Source of the DNA: a virus
Taxonomy: Duplodnaviria > Caudoviricetes
IMG/VR virus record: IMGVR_UViG_3300035208_006730
Length of the DNA stretch: 64,000 bases
Reading direction: 5' to 3' (one strand)
In this document: positions 19,284 through 29,300 of the stretch, piece by piece
How the letters are laid out: each line of letters starts with the position of its first letter
Numbering within the stretch: the stretch's first letter is position 1
Notes under the pieces: model-generated
What the model was told of the DNA's origin: nothing
The model's input: only the letters and a program-made list of their open reading frames with translations
The model's database searches: none
Translations under genes and position numbers: made by a program

Positions 19284-19617
19284 AAGTATCTCGATTACCT
19301 TTTATTCCTGAACCAATAGAAGTAAATTTAAAACTTGGAAACCATATCTCTTTCTCTACTTCAATTAACTCAGAGAAAGTTTTTAATGTTTCTTGTCTCC
19401 ATTTCATTGAATCTTTTATTGATTCAAAATAGTCAAGCATAAATTCTTTGTTAAAAGGATGTTGAAAGAAACAAACTAGACGGTCAAAGTTTTCAATGAA
19501 TTTAAAGAATAGTTCTTTACTGTTAAGATCTTCCATGATAAGTCCAATATTAACGGCTTCATCTTGACAAATGTCATCACACCATTGGATAATACAAAAC
19601 TGATAGTTCATTCCCAA
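19234..19617 (-). CDS. DUF3037-like protein
   Basis: YQFCIIQWCDD...EAVNIGLI...F..RL..F pattern. Confidence 0.65.
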   Translation of the reverse strand: MGMNYQFCIIQWCDDICQDEAVNIGLIMEDLNSKELFFKFIENFDRLVCFFQHPFNKEFMLDYFESIKDSMKWRQETLKTFSELIEVEKEIWFPSFKFTSIGSGIKGNRDTFEKLFKRFVLHEKSSS

Positions 19618-20219
19618 TTCTCTATGACTTTCTTGTACTCTTTATTTAAAGAGTTGTAATAGGCAAAAGTTTCAACACCAGCTTGAGCATAATACTTTGC
19701 TGCAGTTGTTTTGTCACTTCCCGGAACACATCGAATCTTTTTGAAATCTTCAGGAAAGAACTTCTTCATTCTAGATAGAGCTGTTCTTGCTTGAGGAATT
19801 AGTTGGCCCTTTATTTCAACCCAAAGATCTAAATCAGGTAAATAGAAATCAGGAGCGTAACTAATAGTTCCTTTCTTTACTCCTGGGAAAATAAATACTT
19901 TTGGTTCATAAGTCCATTTGATATTTTTATAGTTGAGATAACGCGCAAAATTTGCTTCCCAAGAAGAACGAAAGAAACAACCTAAGTCCTTACGTCGACC
20001 AATGTTCGTTCGTTTCTTTCCAGGTCCTTTTTCTACCGTTTTTCCATCCATTTCATCAAGTTTTTTCTTGAGAGCGTTTCTTGATTTCCCCAGAATGAGA
20101 CAAAGTTGATTGGTAGCTTCATCTCGTTTCCCTTTTACCTCGAGATCTTTTCGATGTTCTTGAAGATATTGAGTTTCAAGGGGAGACCAAGATGGAGCGG
20201 CTCGTCTAAAAAATCCCAT
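19608..20219 (-). CDS. PD-(D/E)XK endonuclease with N-terminal HTH-like region
   Basis: FRSSWEANFARYL...WTYEP...YAPDFYLP...VEIKG. Confidence 0.85.
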   Translation of the reverse strand: MGFFRRAAPSWSPLETQYLQEHRKDLEVKGKRDEATNQLCLILGKSRNALKKKLDEMDGKTVEKGPGKKRTNIGRRKDLGCFFRSSWEANFARYLNYKNIKWTYEPKVFIFPGVKKGTISYAPDFYLPDLDLWVEIKGQLIPQARTALSRMKKFFPEDFKKIRCVPGSDKTTAAKYYAQAGVETFAYYNSLNKEYKKVIENWE

Positions 20220-20851
20220 TAACCTACCTCTACTTGTGCGAAGTTTGAACGATGGAAGTTCTGGGTATAATCATAGACTACATCTGCTACTATTTGAAAG
20301 TTTGCTTCATTAAAATAAGCTGAATGTTCTTCGCAAAGAAATGCAGCTTCAAGAATGGCTGCTGAATAAAATCCAAAACTTTCGCGTAAGAATCCGATAT
20401 TTCCATATTGTGGATGAGGAATTCCTACGATATCGAATCTCTTAACTCCAACTTTTCGTAAAAGAGGGAACAAAGTTTCTCTCATTCCCTGACAGAATTT
20501 CAAGGCAATTAAATCTTTACACCAATAGAACATTACTGCAGGAGAAATATTGAAAGGTGGATCGAAATGATTATGGTGAATCGATAGAGCAAGATCAACA
20601 TCTGCATCTTTACAGAGCTGGATATGATCTTTATAGTACCAGTCAGCTTTGTATTTCTGTGGAATTTCTTCAGGAGGAATGTATCCTGGAGTATCAATCG
20701 CTATCATTGATTGACCTCCCATATTTTTATTTCTTTGAATCATCTTTTCTACAATAGAATGATTCACTTCATATTCAGTATAAGTCACAGCTTTATCTTT
20801 GCTTCCCGGATATTGTTCGTTGTGTCCTACAAGTACTGCCCATTTATTCAT
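20219..20851 (-). CDS. N-acetylmuramoyl-L-alanine amidase (Amidase_3-like), candidate endolysin
   Basis: Zn ligands VGH, TEYEVN, SIHHN; catalytic AILEAAF. Confidence 0.75.
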   Translation of the reverse strand: MNKWAVLVGHNEQYPGSKDKAVTYTEYEVNHSIVEKMIQRNKNMGGQSMIAIDTPGYIPPEEIPQKYKADWYYKDHIQLCKDADVDLALSIHHNHFDPPFNISPAVMFYWCKDLIALKFCQGMRETLFPLLRKVGVKRFDIVGIPHPQYGNIGFLRESFGFYSAAILEAAFLCEEHSAYFNEANFQIVADVVYDYTQNFHRSNFAQVEVG

Positions 20852-21449
20852 GATTCTTTTTCCATTCCTTTTGTTTTTGATATTGTCGCCGCTGATATTC
20901 TCGATTTTTTTCTTTCCAAACTTCTTGAAGTTTTTTGAGTTCTTCAGAAGGTTCTAGCTTTTTAAAATCTTTGCTGATATAAAGATTTTCTCCTCCTGCA
21001 GGACCTGATGTCTGAAGCATTGATTCTCTTAGATCTTCTACACAATCTTTCAATGTTTGAATACGTCGCCAGATTTCTTCTGCGGTAATTGTTTTCTCGT
21101 CTGTGTACTTGATAACTAGATAAATATATCCAGCACTAATTGCTGCCATTTTTTTTTCATCATCGCGCTGTTGAATATTTTCTAGTGATTCAGAACCATT
21201 ACGGCCACCAAAAGAAATTTGTTCGTAATGCTGAAGCCCATGGCATTCTATCACAAGTTTTAATCCCGGAATTACCCAATCAAAATGTTCACGATTTGAC
21301 TTGTAATCAGGATTAACTTTTGATACTGGGTACTCCTGATAGATTGGATACCCATTAAATAGTGGAGATCCTCTGAGAGAGTCGCCAACAGCTTTATGGA
21401 GTTTGCTTGCTGATTTTCGATAGCTAATTTTGAATCGATGACTTTTCAT
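20844..21449 (-). CDS. DUF559/Vsr-like endonuclease
   Basis: QEYP...FDW...LVIECHGLQHY...RDDEKK..A...G. Confidence 0.75.
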   Translation of the reverse strand: MKSHRFKISYRKSASKLHKAVGDSLRGSPLFNGYPIYQEYPVSKVNPDYKSNREHFDWVIPGLKLVIECHGLQHYEQISFGGRNGSESLENIQQRDDEKKMAAISAGYIYLVIKYTDEKTITAEEIWRRIQTLKDCVEDLRESMLQTSGPAGGENLYISKDFKKLEPSEELKKLQEVWKEKNREYQRRQYQKQKEWKKNHE

Positions 21450-21481
21450 TATTTAATTGTAGACGATTAAAGGAAGAAGAG

Positions 21482-21901
21482 TCAAACCTTTTCTGCAGCG
21501 AATCTTGCTCGAATTTTTTCAAGACAAGATTTAATGGTCTTTTTTAGGAGAGAAGAAATATCATTCAAACGTTTATTTCCCGCTGTCGCTGTAGGAGGAA
21601 AATTAATTTCATTACAAGCGGCACATCTCAGGGCATAAACCGAAAGAGCTTCATTAATAATGGTAAATTTATTTCCAACAATCGTCGGCTTTTCTGAATG
21701 ATATCGATCAATGGAAATTTGTTCAAAGAATGAGCAACCACAATTTTCACACTTTATCGCTATCTTCTCGTTTTCGTCCTGATGTTGTTCCGCTTTCTGA
21801 TTCAGGTAAGGCATTCTCTGTCCGTACATCCTCGTTCTCCTCGTCGTCAATTTCTGCGACTTTCTTTGGTTGTTTCTGTTTGTCTTCCCAGGTGAAAACA
21901 A
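21482..21901 (-). CDS. Zn-finger protein (true start probably near 21829)
   Basis: CENCGC and RCAAC pairs. Confidence 0.6.
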   Translation of the reverse strand: MFSPGKTNRNNQRKSQKLTTRRTRMYGQRMPYLNQKAEQHQDENEKIAIKCENCGCSFFEQISIDRYHSEKPTIVGNKFTIINEALSVYALRCAACNEINFPPTATAGNKRLNDISSLLKKTIKSCLEKIRARFAAEKV

Positions 21902-21932
21902 TTTTGCCGTTCTTGTCTACAAATTCAATCAT
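21747..21932 (-). CDS. Small hypothetical protein
   Basis: GGAGG upstream; fills gap between neighbours. Confidence 0.45.
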   Translation of the reverse strand: MIEFVDKNGKIVFTWEDKQKQPKKVAEIDDEENEDVRTENALPESESGTTSGRKREDSDKV

Positions 21933-22612
21933 AACTTACAGTCCTCCTGAAAGGGACATGAAACACAAAAAGAAGAGAATACAGGAAAAATTACTTCATT
22001 CTGTATTCCCTTGTAGATATTATACATTAATTTTGAAGAACAGCCTTCTTTAATTTTAATAAATCTAGCCCCAGAACCAAATAAAAAAATCTCAAGTCCA
22101 TTTATTTTTGGATGAATGCTTTGCTGAGCTAACCAAATTGTGGCTTGAACAATAAAATCTTTAGAGAAGTCTACAGACTTTTCAATTGGAAGGGTGATAA
22201 GGAGAACCTGAGAGCCATCTGCCTTTAGAATAGAAACGGGAAGGTAATCAGAGATCCATAGATCTCCAATTGAAATACGCGGAACGAAATGAGTGACGGC
22301 AGAAACTGTTGTATTGTATTCTGTCCACCAATGCTGAAACTGAGAAAGTATATTCTCTGTTTTGGAGGCATTGGCTTCCAGGTCTCCAGCAAAACGTTTT
22401 GTAATTTCTCGTCGGATACAAGACCATTCAATGATTTTATTATCAAGCATTGTAGAAGTATAAATTCGTTCAATAAGATCCCAAACAAGTATTTCTTTAT
22501 CTGTTTTTACAAATTTTCTTTGAAATGCGTTTGGTTTTGCATTCTCTTTATTCAAGTAGAAGTATCTTGGACATTGAATATAATCTTGAAAGTGTTGAAG
22601 ATTATAAATCAT
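21929..22612 (-). CDS. Cas4/AddB-like PD-(D/E)XK-fold protein with four Cys, catalytic motif apparently degenerate
   Basis: YIQCPRYFYL and C-terminal CVSCPFQEDC; no recognisable D...(D/E)xK. Confidence 0.65.
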   Translation of the reverse strand: MIYNLQHFQDYIQCPRYFYLNKENAKPNAFQRKFVKTDKEILVWDLIERIYTSTMLDNKIIEWSCIRREITKRFAGDLEANASKTENILSQFQHWWTEYNTTVSAVTHFVPRISIGDLWISDYLPVSILKADGSQVLLITLPIEKSVDFSKDFIVQATIWLAQQSIHPKINGLEIFLFGSGARFIKIKEGCSSKLMYNIYKGIQNEVIFPVFSSFCVSCPFQEDCKL

Positions 22613-23580
22613 AAACTGCTCTCAAGAGATAATCCAAAACTCCAACCTGCTTTGTGATCAATTGCAACAGTGGGAGCAATCCAAATATCATTCAGAATAG
22701 GCAAACGATGGCCAACATTAAAAGCAAAGGGAGCAAAATATCCGAAGAACTTTCTATCACTGTTAACTCCAATACCAAGTCCAAAGAAATGCCAAGCATC
22801 TCTCTTTGATACTCTACTGGTGTATTTTGAAAGATAAGCTCCCAGTTGAGCTCCAACAACAAATCCGTCTTGAAGATGATAGGCTGTTCTAACTCCAATT
22901 GTAACTGTAGGTGCTATCCAGTGCATTCCTAATTTCTTATCATCTTCTAGAGCAACTGTGTATTCGAAAGTTTGAAGAAGAAGATCTGTGCCTCCATCTC
23001 CACCACTAATTTCATAAAGATTACCATGATATCTTGGTGTTCCATTTTTATCGACTGTTTTCAATTGCTGAAATTTGAATTTTTGATGAAGAAGATATTG
23101 AACTGAAGATCTCCAGTTGGGTCCACCTTCACGTTCTAGATGATCTTTGATTGTGATGCGGCTATCAGAATGTTGAGTATCAAATTTTTCAGAAGCCAGA
23201 AGAACATAACAATCGTCTACCGTAAACTTATTATCTGTGCAAGTTCCAATCGTAGGATTTTCTATAATACTAGTTACATTTTGAACTATTTGTTGACTCG
23301 AGTATTTAAATGTTGCCTTGTAGTTCACGTACTCAACAACTGTTTCTTGATATTTCGAAAGAAGTTCTTGGTATTTTTTGTTTTCTCTATTTAGAATAGT
23401 TGCGCTTTCTTTTCTAGATAATATTTTGGCTACTGAAAGATCTATTGAAAGAAGTCCCTTTTCCTCCTGGAGAGCTTGATACTTGTGAAAATAAATTGAA
23501 GCCTCCCAGGTGAGAAAAATAAGGATAATCCCGATGAGAATAAGGAAGGATATCCTAGAGACTTTTTGAAAGGTTGTCAT
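22609..23580 (-). CDS. Membrane-anchored protein (N-terminal TM, coiled coil, beta-rich C-terminus)
   Basis: ISFLILIGIILIFLTW TM; C-terminal alternating strands ending WSFGLSLESSL. Confidence 0.7.
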   Translation of the reverse strand: MTTFQKVSRISFLILIGIILIFLTWEASIYFHKYQALQEEKGLLSIDLSVAKILSRKESATILNRENKKYQELLSKYQETVVEYVNYKATFKYSSQQIVQNVTSIIENPTIGTCTDNKFTVDDCYVLLASEKFDTQHSDSRITIKDHLEREGGPNWRSSVQYLLHQKFKFQQLKTVDKNGTPRYHGNLYEISGGDGGTDLLLQTFEYTVALEDDKKLGMHWIAPTVTIGVRTAYHLQDGFVVGAQLGAYLSKYTSRVSKRDAWHFFGLGIGVNSDRKFFGYFAPFAFNVGHRLPILNDIWIAPTVAIDHKAGWSFGLSLESSL

Positions 23581-23581
23581 T

Positions 23582-23761
23582 TTATTTTCCCATGTTATTC
23601 CAAATGCTCCAACTCACATGCTTGTGTGAAGGAGACAACTGTTTTTGGAGTTTGGTTGGATCTGCGCCACATTTAATACATTTTTCAACTGGAGTTTCAT
23701 TTAGTTTGTGCTCAACCTCTTGAACTTCCCCACATTCCTGGCATTTGTAATCGTAGATCAT
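23582..23761 (-). CDS. FmdB-family zinc-ribbon protein (59 aa, not in ORF track)
   Basis: MIYDYKCQECG...KCIKCG; AAGGAGG RBS. Confidence 0.8.
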   Translation of the reverse strand: MIYDYKCQECGEVQEVEHKLNETPVEKCIKCGADPTKLQKQLSPSHKHVSWSIWNNMGK

Positions 23762-23844
23762 CTCTATTTCCTCCTTTGATCTGTTCTACTTACAGATATA
23801 CCACATTTAGGTTACAATAGAAACAGGAAAGTTGAGGGAAACAA

Positions 23845-24216
23845 ATGGATCAAAAAGAAAAAGGTAAGATTTCCATCTCGATTCTTTTAACAGTTATAGG
23901 TCTAGCAATAACAATTGCCATTAGTGGACTGGCTCTAGCAAATTCCTATGGAGGCAATATCGAAAAGGTAAATACACTTACAGGACAATTGATTGAAGCT
24001 AAAAGAGATTTGAAACTAGAGGTAGAAAAAGTTGATAAGGGTGTTGCGCAAACAAAAGAAACTCAAGGTCAACAGGCGATTGTTCTAACTGCTCATGAAG
24101 CTCGAATCGTTTCGATTGAAGCCAATATGATTAGACTCTTTAATAATCTTGAAACCAATCAGAAAAAGATTGATGAGAATCAAATATTGATCATTAACCT
24201 CCTAAAAGGAAAATAG
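23845..24216 (+). CDS. Single-TM coiled-coil protein (holin-like)
   Basis: ISILLTVIGLAITIAISGLALA TM followed by coiled coil. Confidence 0.6.
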   Translation: MDQKEKGKISISILLTVIGLAITIAISGLALANSYGGNIEKVNTLTGQLIEAKRDLKLEVEKVDKGVAQTKETQGQQAIVLTAHEARIVSIEANMIRLFNNLETNQKKIDENQILIINLLKGK

Positions 24217-24218
24217 TA

Positions 24219-24524
24219 ATGAAAAAGGAAATGAGTTTTGGTGGAAGAAAATTTGTTGGCTTACATACGGTAATGGCTTCTCTCTTTTTAGGCGTTGGTC
24301 TCTGTCTTCTGGTTTTAATTAATAAACTAGCAGAAGCTACGGCGGTTACTGGAATTTTTTCTACGTATGCAACTGCTCTTGGTTTAGCCTACGGAATTTT
24401 TTGTGGAGCCAACTGGGCCACTGCTAACTCAGTAAGTAAATATGGAGAGCCAAATGACAACGGAAGAGTCGAGACTACAGTCAATAGAGAGAGCAATTCA
24501 AAATCTGCAAGTGGCAGTAAGTAA
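24219..24524 (+). CDS. Putative holin (2 TM)
   Basis: GGRKF then two hydrophobic helices, GAN motif, hydrophilic tail. Confidence 0.6.
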   Translation: MKKEMSFGGRKFVGLHTVMASLFLGVGLCLLVLINKLAEATAVTGIFSTYATALGLAYGIFCGANWATANSVSKYGEPNDNGRVETTVNRESNSKSASGSK

Positions 24525-24642
24525 TTTAGCTTCTCAACAGCAACTGAAACAATTGTATGCGATAAAGCAACAAGAAATCACAGCCTTACAGACAAGATGT
24601 TCTGTTCTTGAATCTGCTATTGCTATTCTTCAACAGTCTTGA
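24442..24642 (+). CDS. Short coiled-coil protein
   Basis: Heptad pattern RLQSIERAIQNLQVAVSNL; start probably 24454. Confidence 0.55.
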   Translation: MESQMTTEESRLQSIERAIQNLQVAVSNLASQQQLKQLYAIKQQEITALQTRCSVLESAIAILQQS

Positions 24643-24682
24643 TATCCTAAAATAGCTCGATTAATGAGCCCTAGGAAAGTAA

Positions 24683-25147
24683 ATGAAAGATTTTCTTGGA
24701 CAAGAATTACATGTGAGTGATATTATAGTTTTTTCTAATTCGAGTTCGTCTTTGCAAAAAAAAGAAATAATTGAAGTATCAGAAACTTGGATTAAGACCA
24801 AACCTTTAACTGGTTGGCGAGCTTCGCATTCATTCAATCCCAAACAGGCTGGCAAGATAACCAGACAAGACTCCTGTTTAAAGTTAGAACAACTAACCAA
24901 AGATGAATATGGATATATAGTTGTATGGCTAGTTTGGGGATGTAAAATAAATATCGACAACAAACCAGAATTTTCACTACGAAGTATTTGTTTATCACCT
25001 GAAGTAGCCGAAAGATATAAACTTACACTACAACATGAAGACCCTGCACAAACAATAACTATTGAACAACGGCAAACAGAACATCTTTATGAAGCTACTA
25101 TGCTTTCGGTAGTAGAATCAATGTTTCGCAAACACGAAGGGGATTGA
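24683..25147 (+). CDS. Hypothetical protein
   Basis: MKDFLGQELHVSDII N-terminus; AGGA RBS. Confidence 0.65.
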   Translation: MKDFLGQELHVSDIIVFSNSSSSLQKKEIIEVSETWIKTKPLTGWRASHSFNPKQAGKITRQDSCLKLEQLTKDEYGYIVVWLVWGCKINIDNKPEFSLRSICLSPEVAERYKLTLQHEDPAQTITIEQRQTEHLYEATMLSVVESMFRKHEGD

Positions 25148-26149
25148 ATGAACTACACAGACAGATACGATAACTATGATCTTTTTGGGGACATTGACAA
25201 GTATCTTGAACGTCCTCGAGAATTTGATTTTCCTCGAGGAGGTAACCTCTATCCATCTGAAGCATCTGTAAAATTCCAAGATGAAAATGGAAATTGGATT
25301 GTTGAGGGAGGTTGTCTTCGAAAGTCTTGGTATCGTATTCGAGGAATCGAATCAGGTGGAACTAATGCTAGAGCTGAATATATTTTTGCTGCTGGCAAAA
25401 TGTTCGAGAATTTTATCGTAGAACAGATGAAACAAATGGGACTTTGGAGAGCTAACTCAGTTCCATTTATTTCTAATGAATTCAATAATGATATCCCAGT
25501 TAAAGGTGAACTTGATGGGGTATTCTGGGACCCAATTAATAAAGTAAACTACGTTTGGGAATGCAAAACTGGTCATGGATTTATGGCTAAGAAAGATATT
25601 TTTGGCGATTTCCATCATCGGGGTTATCCCAAAGTTTCTCAGTTACTTCAAACTCTTGTTTATACCTATCATTTCCGAGAATCAAATCCTGATCCTAAAA
25701 TAAAAACTCATTTTCCGTTTACTCGACTCTGCTACATAATGCGAGATGAACCAGCTAATCGAAAGACTTTTAAAGTAGAGGTTCAAGAGATTAATGGAAT
25801 TTGGATGGCTCTTGTGGATGGAATAGTTGAAAAAAGATTTACTATTGAGAATATTAAACAGAGGTATCAAGAACTCTGTGCTGCAGTCAAAAAAGATGAG
25901 CCACCTCCTAGGGACTATGATTTAATTTATTCTGATGAAAAGGTTGAGATGCTTCATGATCGAGGACTTCTTTCTGAAAGTAAATGGAAAGATCACGAAT
26001 CAAATCTTAGAGTAAGAGCTGGTAAATCGAGGATGCGCGATCCTAAAATCAAAATAATTGGTGACTGGAATTGCAAATATTGTAACAATATTCGTCAGTG
26101 CTATCCAGATATTAGCATCTCTCAACTTGAAGAAGATGAAGAGACTTAA
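25148..26149 (+). CDS. Solo Cas4-like exonuclease
   Basis: YPSE..., CLRKSWY, GELDG, WECKT, QTLVY, WNCKYCNNIRQC. Confidence 0.85.
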   Translation: MNYTDRYDNYDLFGDIDKYLERPREFDFPRGGNLYPSEASVKFQDENGNWIVEGGCLRKSWYRIRGIESGGTNARAEYIFAAGKMFENFIVEQMKQMGLWRANSVPFISNEFNNDIPVKGELDGVFWDPINKVNYVWECKTGHGFMAKKDIFGDFHHRGYPKVSQLLQTLVYTYHFRESNPDPKIKTHFPFTRLCYIMRDEPANRKTFKVEVQEINGIWMALVDGIVEKRFTIENIKQRYQELCAAVKKDEPPPRDYDLIYSDEKVEMLHDRGLLSESKWKDHESNLRVRAGKSRMRDPKIKIIGDWNCKYCNNIRQCYPDISISQLEEDEET

Positions 26150-26353
26150 ATGAAATATTGCTCTAATTGTACTTGGCTACAAAATGGACTTTGCAAATTT
26201 AATCCTCCTACAGCTTTAATGCATTGCCGTCTTGATGGAGTCTATGAGGTCTTATCTTATTATCCGACTGTAAATAATACAGATACATGTCATAACCATT
26301 TCGAAAAAAATCCAGCGATTCCTACTTTACTTTCTGAAGATTCTAAATCCTAA
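26150..26353 (+). CDS. Small Cys-rich phage protein
   Basis: CSNC...CKFNPP...YPTV....TC pattern. Confidence 0.65.
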   Translation: MKYCSNCTWLQNGLCKFNPPTALMHCRLDGVYEVLSYYPTVNNTDTCHNHFEKNPAIPTLLSEDSKS

Positions 26354-26365
26354 TTAGGAGCGTAA

Positions 26366-29300
26366 ATGTATATTCGTAATTTGACCGAGATCATCGGTCA
26401 ACTCGAAACGCATCTCGAAGACTATCTACAAGAAAATGGAATAGATACTCGAGGAGCTTTTCTTTGCATTAACCCTGAACACAAAGATACTCATCCAAGT
26501 TGTTCAATCCAAGGAAATGACAAGAAGACATTTCACTGCATGAGCTGCAACAGTGCAGGAAGTATCTTCAAGGCTGTTCATTTTCTTGAAGGAAAAGCTT
26601 ATGAAGGTCCTCGATGGATGATCGAAACTGTTCCCTATCTTGCTGAAAAATACAACGTAAAAGTTGATGCTACACCGCCTACAGAAGATGAAATCTATGA
26701 GTTAAATACTTACAAGGCTTATGCTCGAGCTGCTCAATATATTGTCTCTTCTCCTGTGAGTGAGAAGGTGACTCAAGAAATTAAACGACGAGGATGGAGC
26801 GATAAGAATCTAAAATCTCTAGGAGTAGGTTCAGTTGTAAGTTTTAAACATTACTGGGATTGGATGAAGGAGGATTTCGCCGCGACTTTTCTTGAAGAAA
26901 TCGATCTAAAGCGTAATCAGATCTTCAATGAAAATTCAATTATCTTTACGGTTCGAGATGAGTATGGTGAACCAGTGGGTTTTGCCTCAAGAGATCTCGA
27001 TTGGAATGGAGATAAATCTTCTCCCAAATATATCAATCAGTCTACAAAAATGAGATGTAATATCTACCAAAAGGGTAAACGTCTTTTTGGAATGGACTAT
27101 CTAGTTAAAAACCTTCGAGGCAGTCCGCAGTTAGTCTACATTTTTGAAGGTTATCCAGATGTTGTTACGGCAAGAGAACATGGCATTATGAGTTGTGTTG
27201 CTATTGGTGGAACTTCTTTTACCATTGATCAATTACATTTATTAAAGAGTAATGGTTTCCATAATATATGCCTCTGTCTTGACGGCGACCTTCCAGGAAA
27301 GAAAAAGATCGAAGGCATTCTTGACACCATCCTTGCCGGACACAAAGACGTTTCTACTAAAATAATGATTCTTCCTGACGATAAAGATCCTGATGATCTA
27401 ATTCGTGAGAAAGGTAAAGAAGGATTTTTAGCTGTACGAAAGTGGGCTGCTTTTGAATGGCGACTGAATCAGTTTGAAGAAGAGACTGATGGACAGATTA
27501 TCTGCGATCTCATGGTTCCACATATTGTAACTGAACCAAATTTTATTCAGCAAGAAACGATGTGTAAAACTCTTGCTGCTAGAACTAACGTTTCGATCAA
27601 GACTATTAATCAAGAAGTTGGTCGGTTACAGAATGCGCGAGAAAATCAAAAAGTTCTAGCTCGAGAAGCTATCATCCAAAGACTTCAACAAAAACTATCT
27701 CGAGATCCAGGCAATGCAGAAATTGCCATAACAGAAGCTAGTTCAAACTTTATGGATCTTATGAGGCAGTATTCAGAAGATCATCTTTCAGAACAATCGA
27801 CAATTGCTCTTATAGATCAACAAAAAAAAGTTCAAGAAGAAAAAGAAGCCAAGTTCGCAGGAATGATTCTTGGACAAGATCTAAAAGAAATGGCAGAAGC
27901 TCTTAATGGAGAATGGCAAGATAATTTTATGCTTTTTGCGGGGAAAGCAAATACTGGCAAATGTCTAGCCGAAGGTTCTTTAGTTCTTATGGGAAACGGT
28001 GATTATAAAAAAATAGAAGATGTAGTAAGAGATCGAGATAACGAAATTATAACAAAGACCTTAACAAATAAACTTATTAGAGGAGAAGTAATTGATTGGA
28101 TTAAATCTGGAGAATTAGAATGTATAAGTCTAAAAACAAAAGATGGTATTGAAACATCTTCATCTCTAACTCATCCATTTTTTACTCTTAGTGGCTGGAA
28201 ACCAGCTAATGAATTGAAAGTTGGAGATAAAATAGCAACTAGTTCAAATTATAATGTATTTTCCGACCTTCATTCACTAATCGATTCTAATACGGCAATA
28301 CTATTAGGATATTTAATTGGAGATGGTTCTATTACCGAACATGTAGGTCTATCTAATATTTCAAGTGAAATAATAGAAAGGTTTGAATTAATCTGTAAGT
28401 TAATAGATCCTAATATATATATTAGATATGATGCTAACGCTACAGTTAGTGTTTCATATAAAAAGGGAAGACTTAATCCTATTGAATATTTTTTAGAACA
28501 ATTCGATATTATAGGAAAAAATGCACATGAAAAGAAAATTCCAAAAGAAATATTCAAGTCATCTTTAAAAACGATTGCTAAATTTTTAGGAGCTCTTTAC
28601 GCAACAGATGGATGGATCTCTCCTAAAGAGATCGGAATATCTTTTTGTAATAAGTTTCTCTTACAACAAGTTAGAAGTTTACTTCTTCGTTTTGGTATTA
28701 AAGGAAGAATTTATGAATCAACTTCGAGTTACGAAAGAGAAGGAAAACGATTTCCCAGATTTACTCTAACAATAAAAGATTCTGAAAGTTGGTGTAAATT
28801 TTACAATAATATAGAAATTTTATTTCTCGAAAAACAAGAAAAGCTAAAACAACTTTTAGAATCTACTTCTCATATCCAAGGATGCTATAATAATAATTTT
28901 CCAGGAGAATTATGGAGTTACATAATTCCTAAAGCTAAATCTTTAGGAATTTCAAAAACCCATTTAATGAAATTAATTTCTCCCACAGTTCGTAGTATCT
29001 ATTTTGATAAAAGTACAAATAGATATAGACCTATTGGACGTTACGATTTCCATATTAATGGCGGAATTCAACCAATAGTTCTTGAGTCAATTGGAAGAAT
29101 CCTTAATGATGAGTTTTTAATCAATATTGCTACAGGAGATATTTGTTTCGATGAAATTATTGAGACAGAATTAATTGGTAAAAAGTCATGTTTTGACTTA
29201 ACCGTTAAGGATTTTCATAACTTTATTGTTCAAGATACAGTTGTTCATAACAGCGCGCTTTTCTCTAAACTTGCCTATGAAATTGCAACACATAAAGAAG

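Noticed and set aside
21929-26149. CRISPR-Cas locus
   Set aside because: No repeat-spacer array or other cas genes seen.
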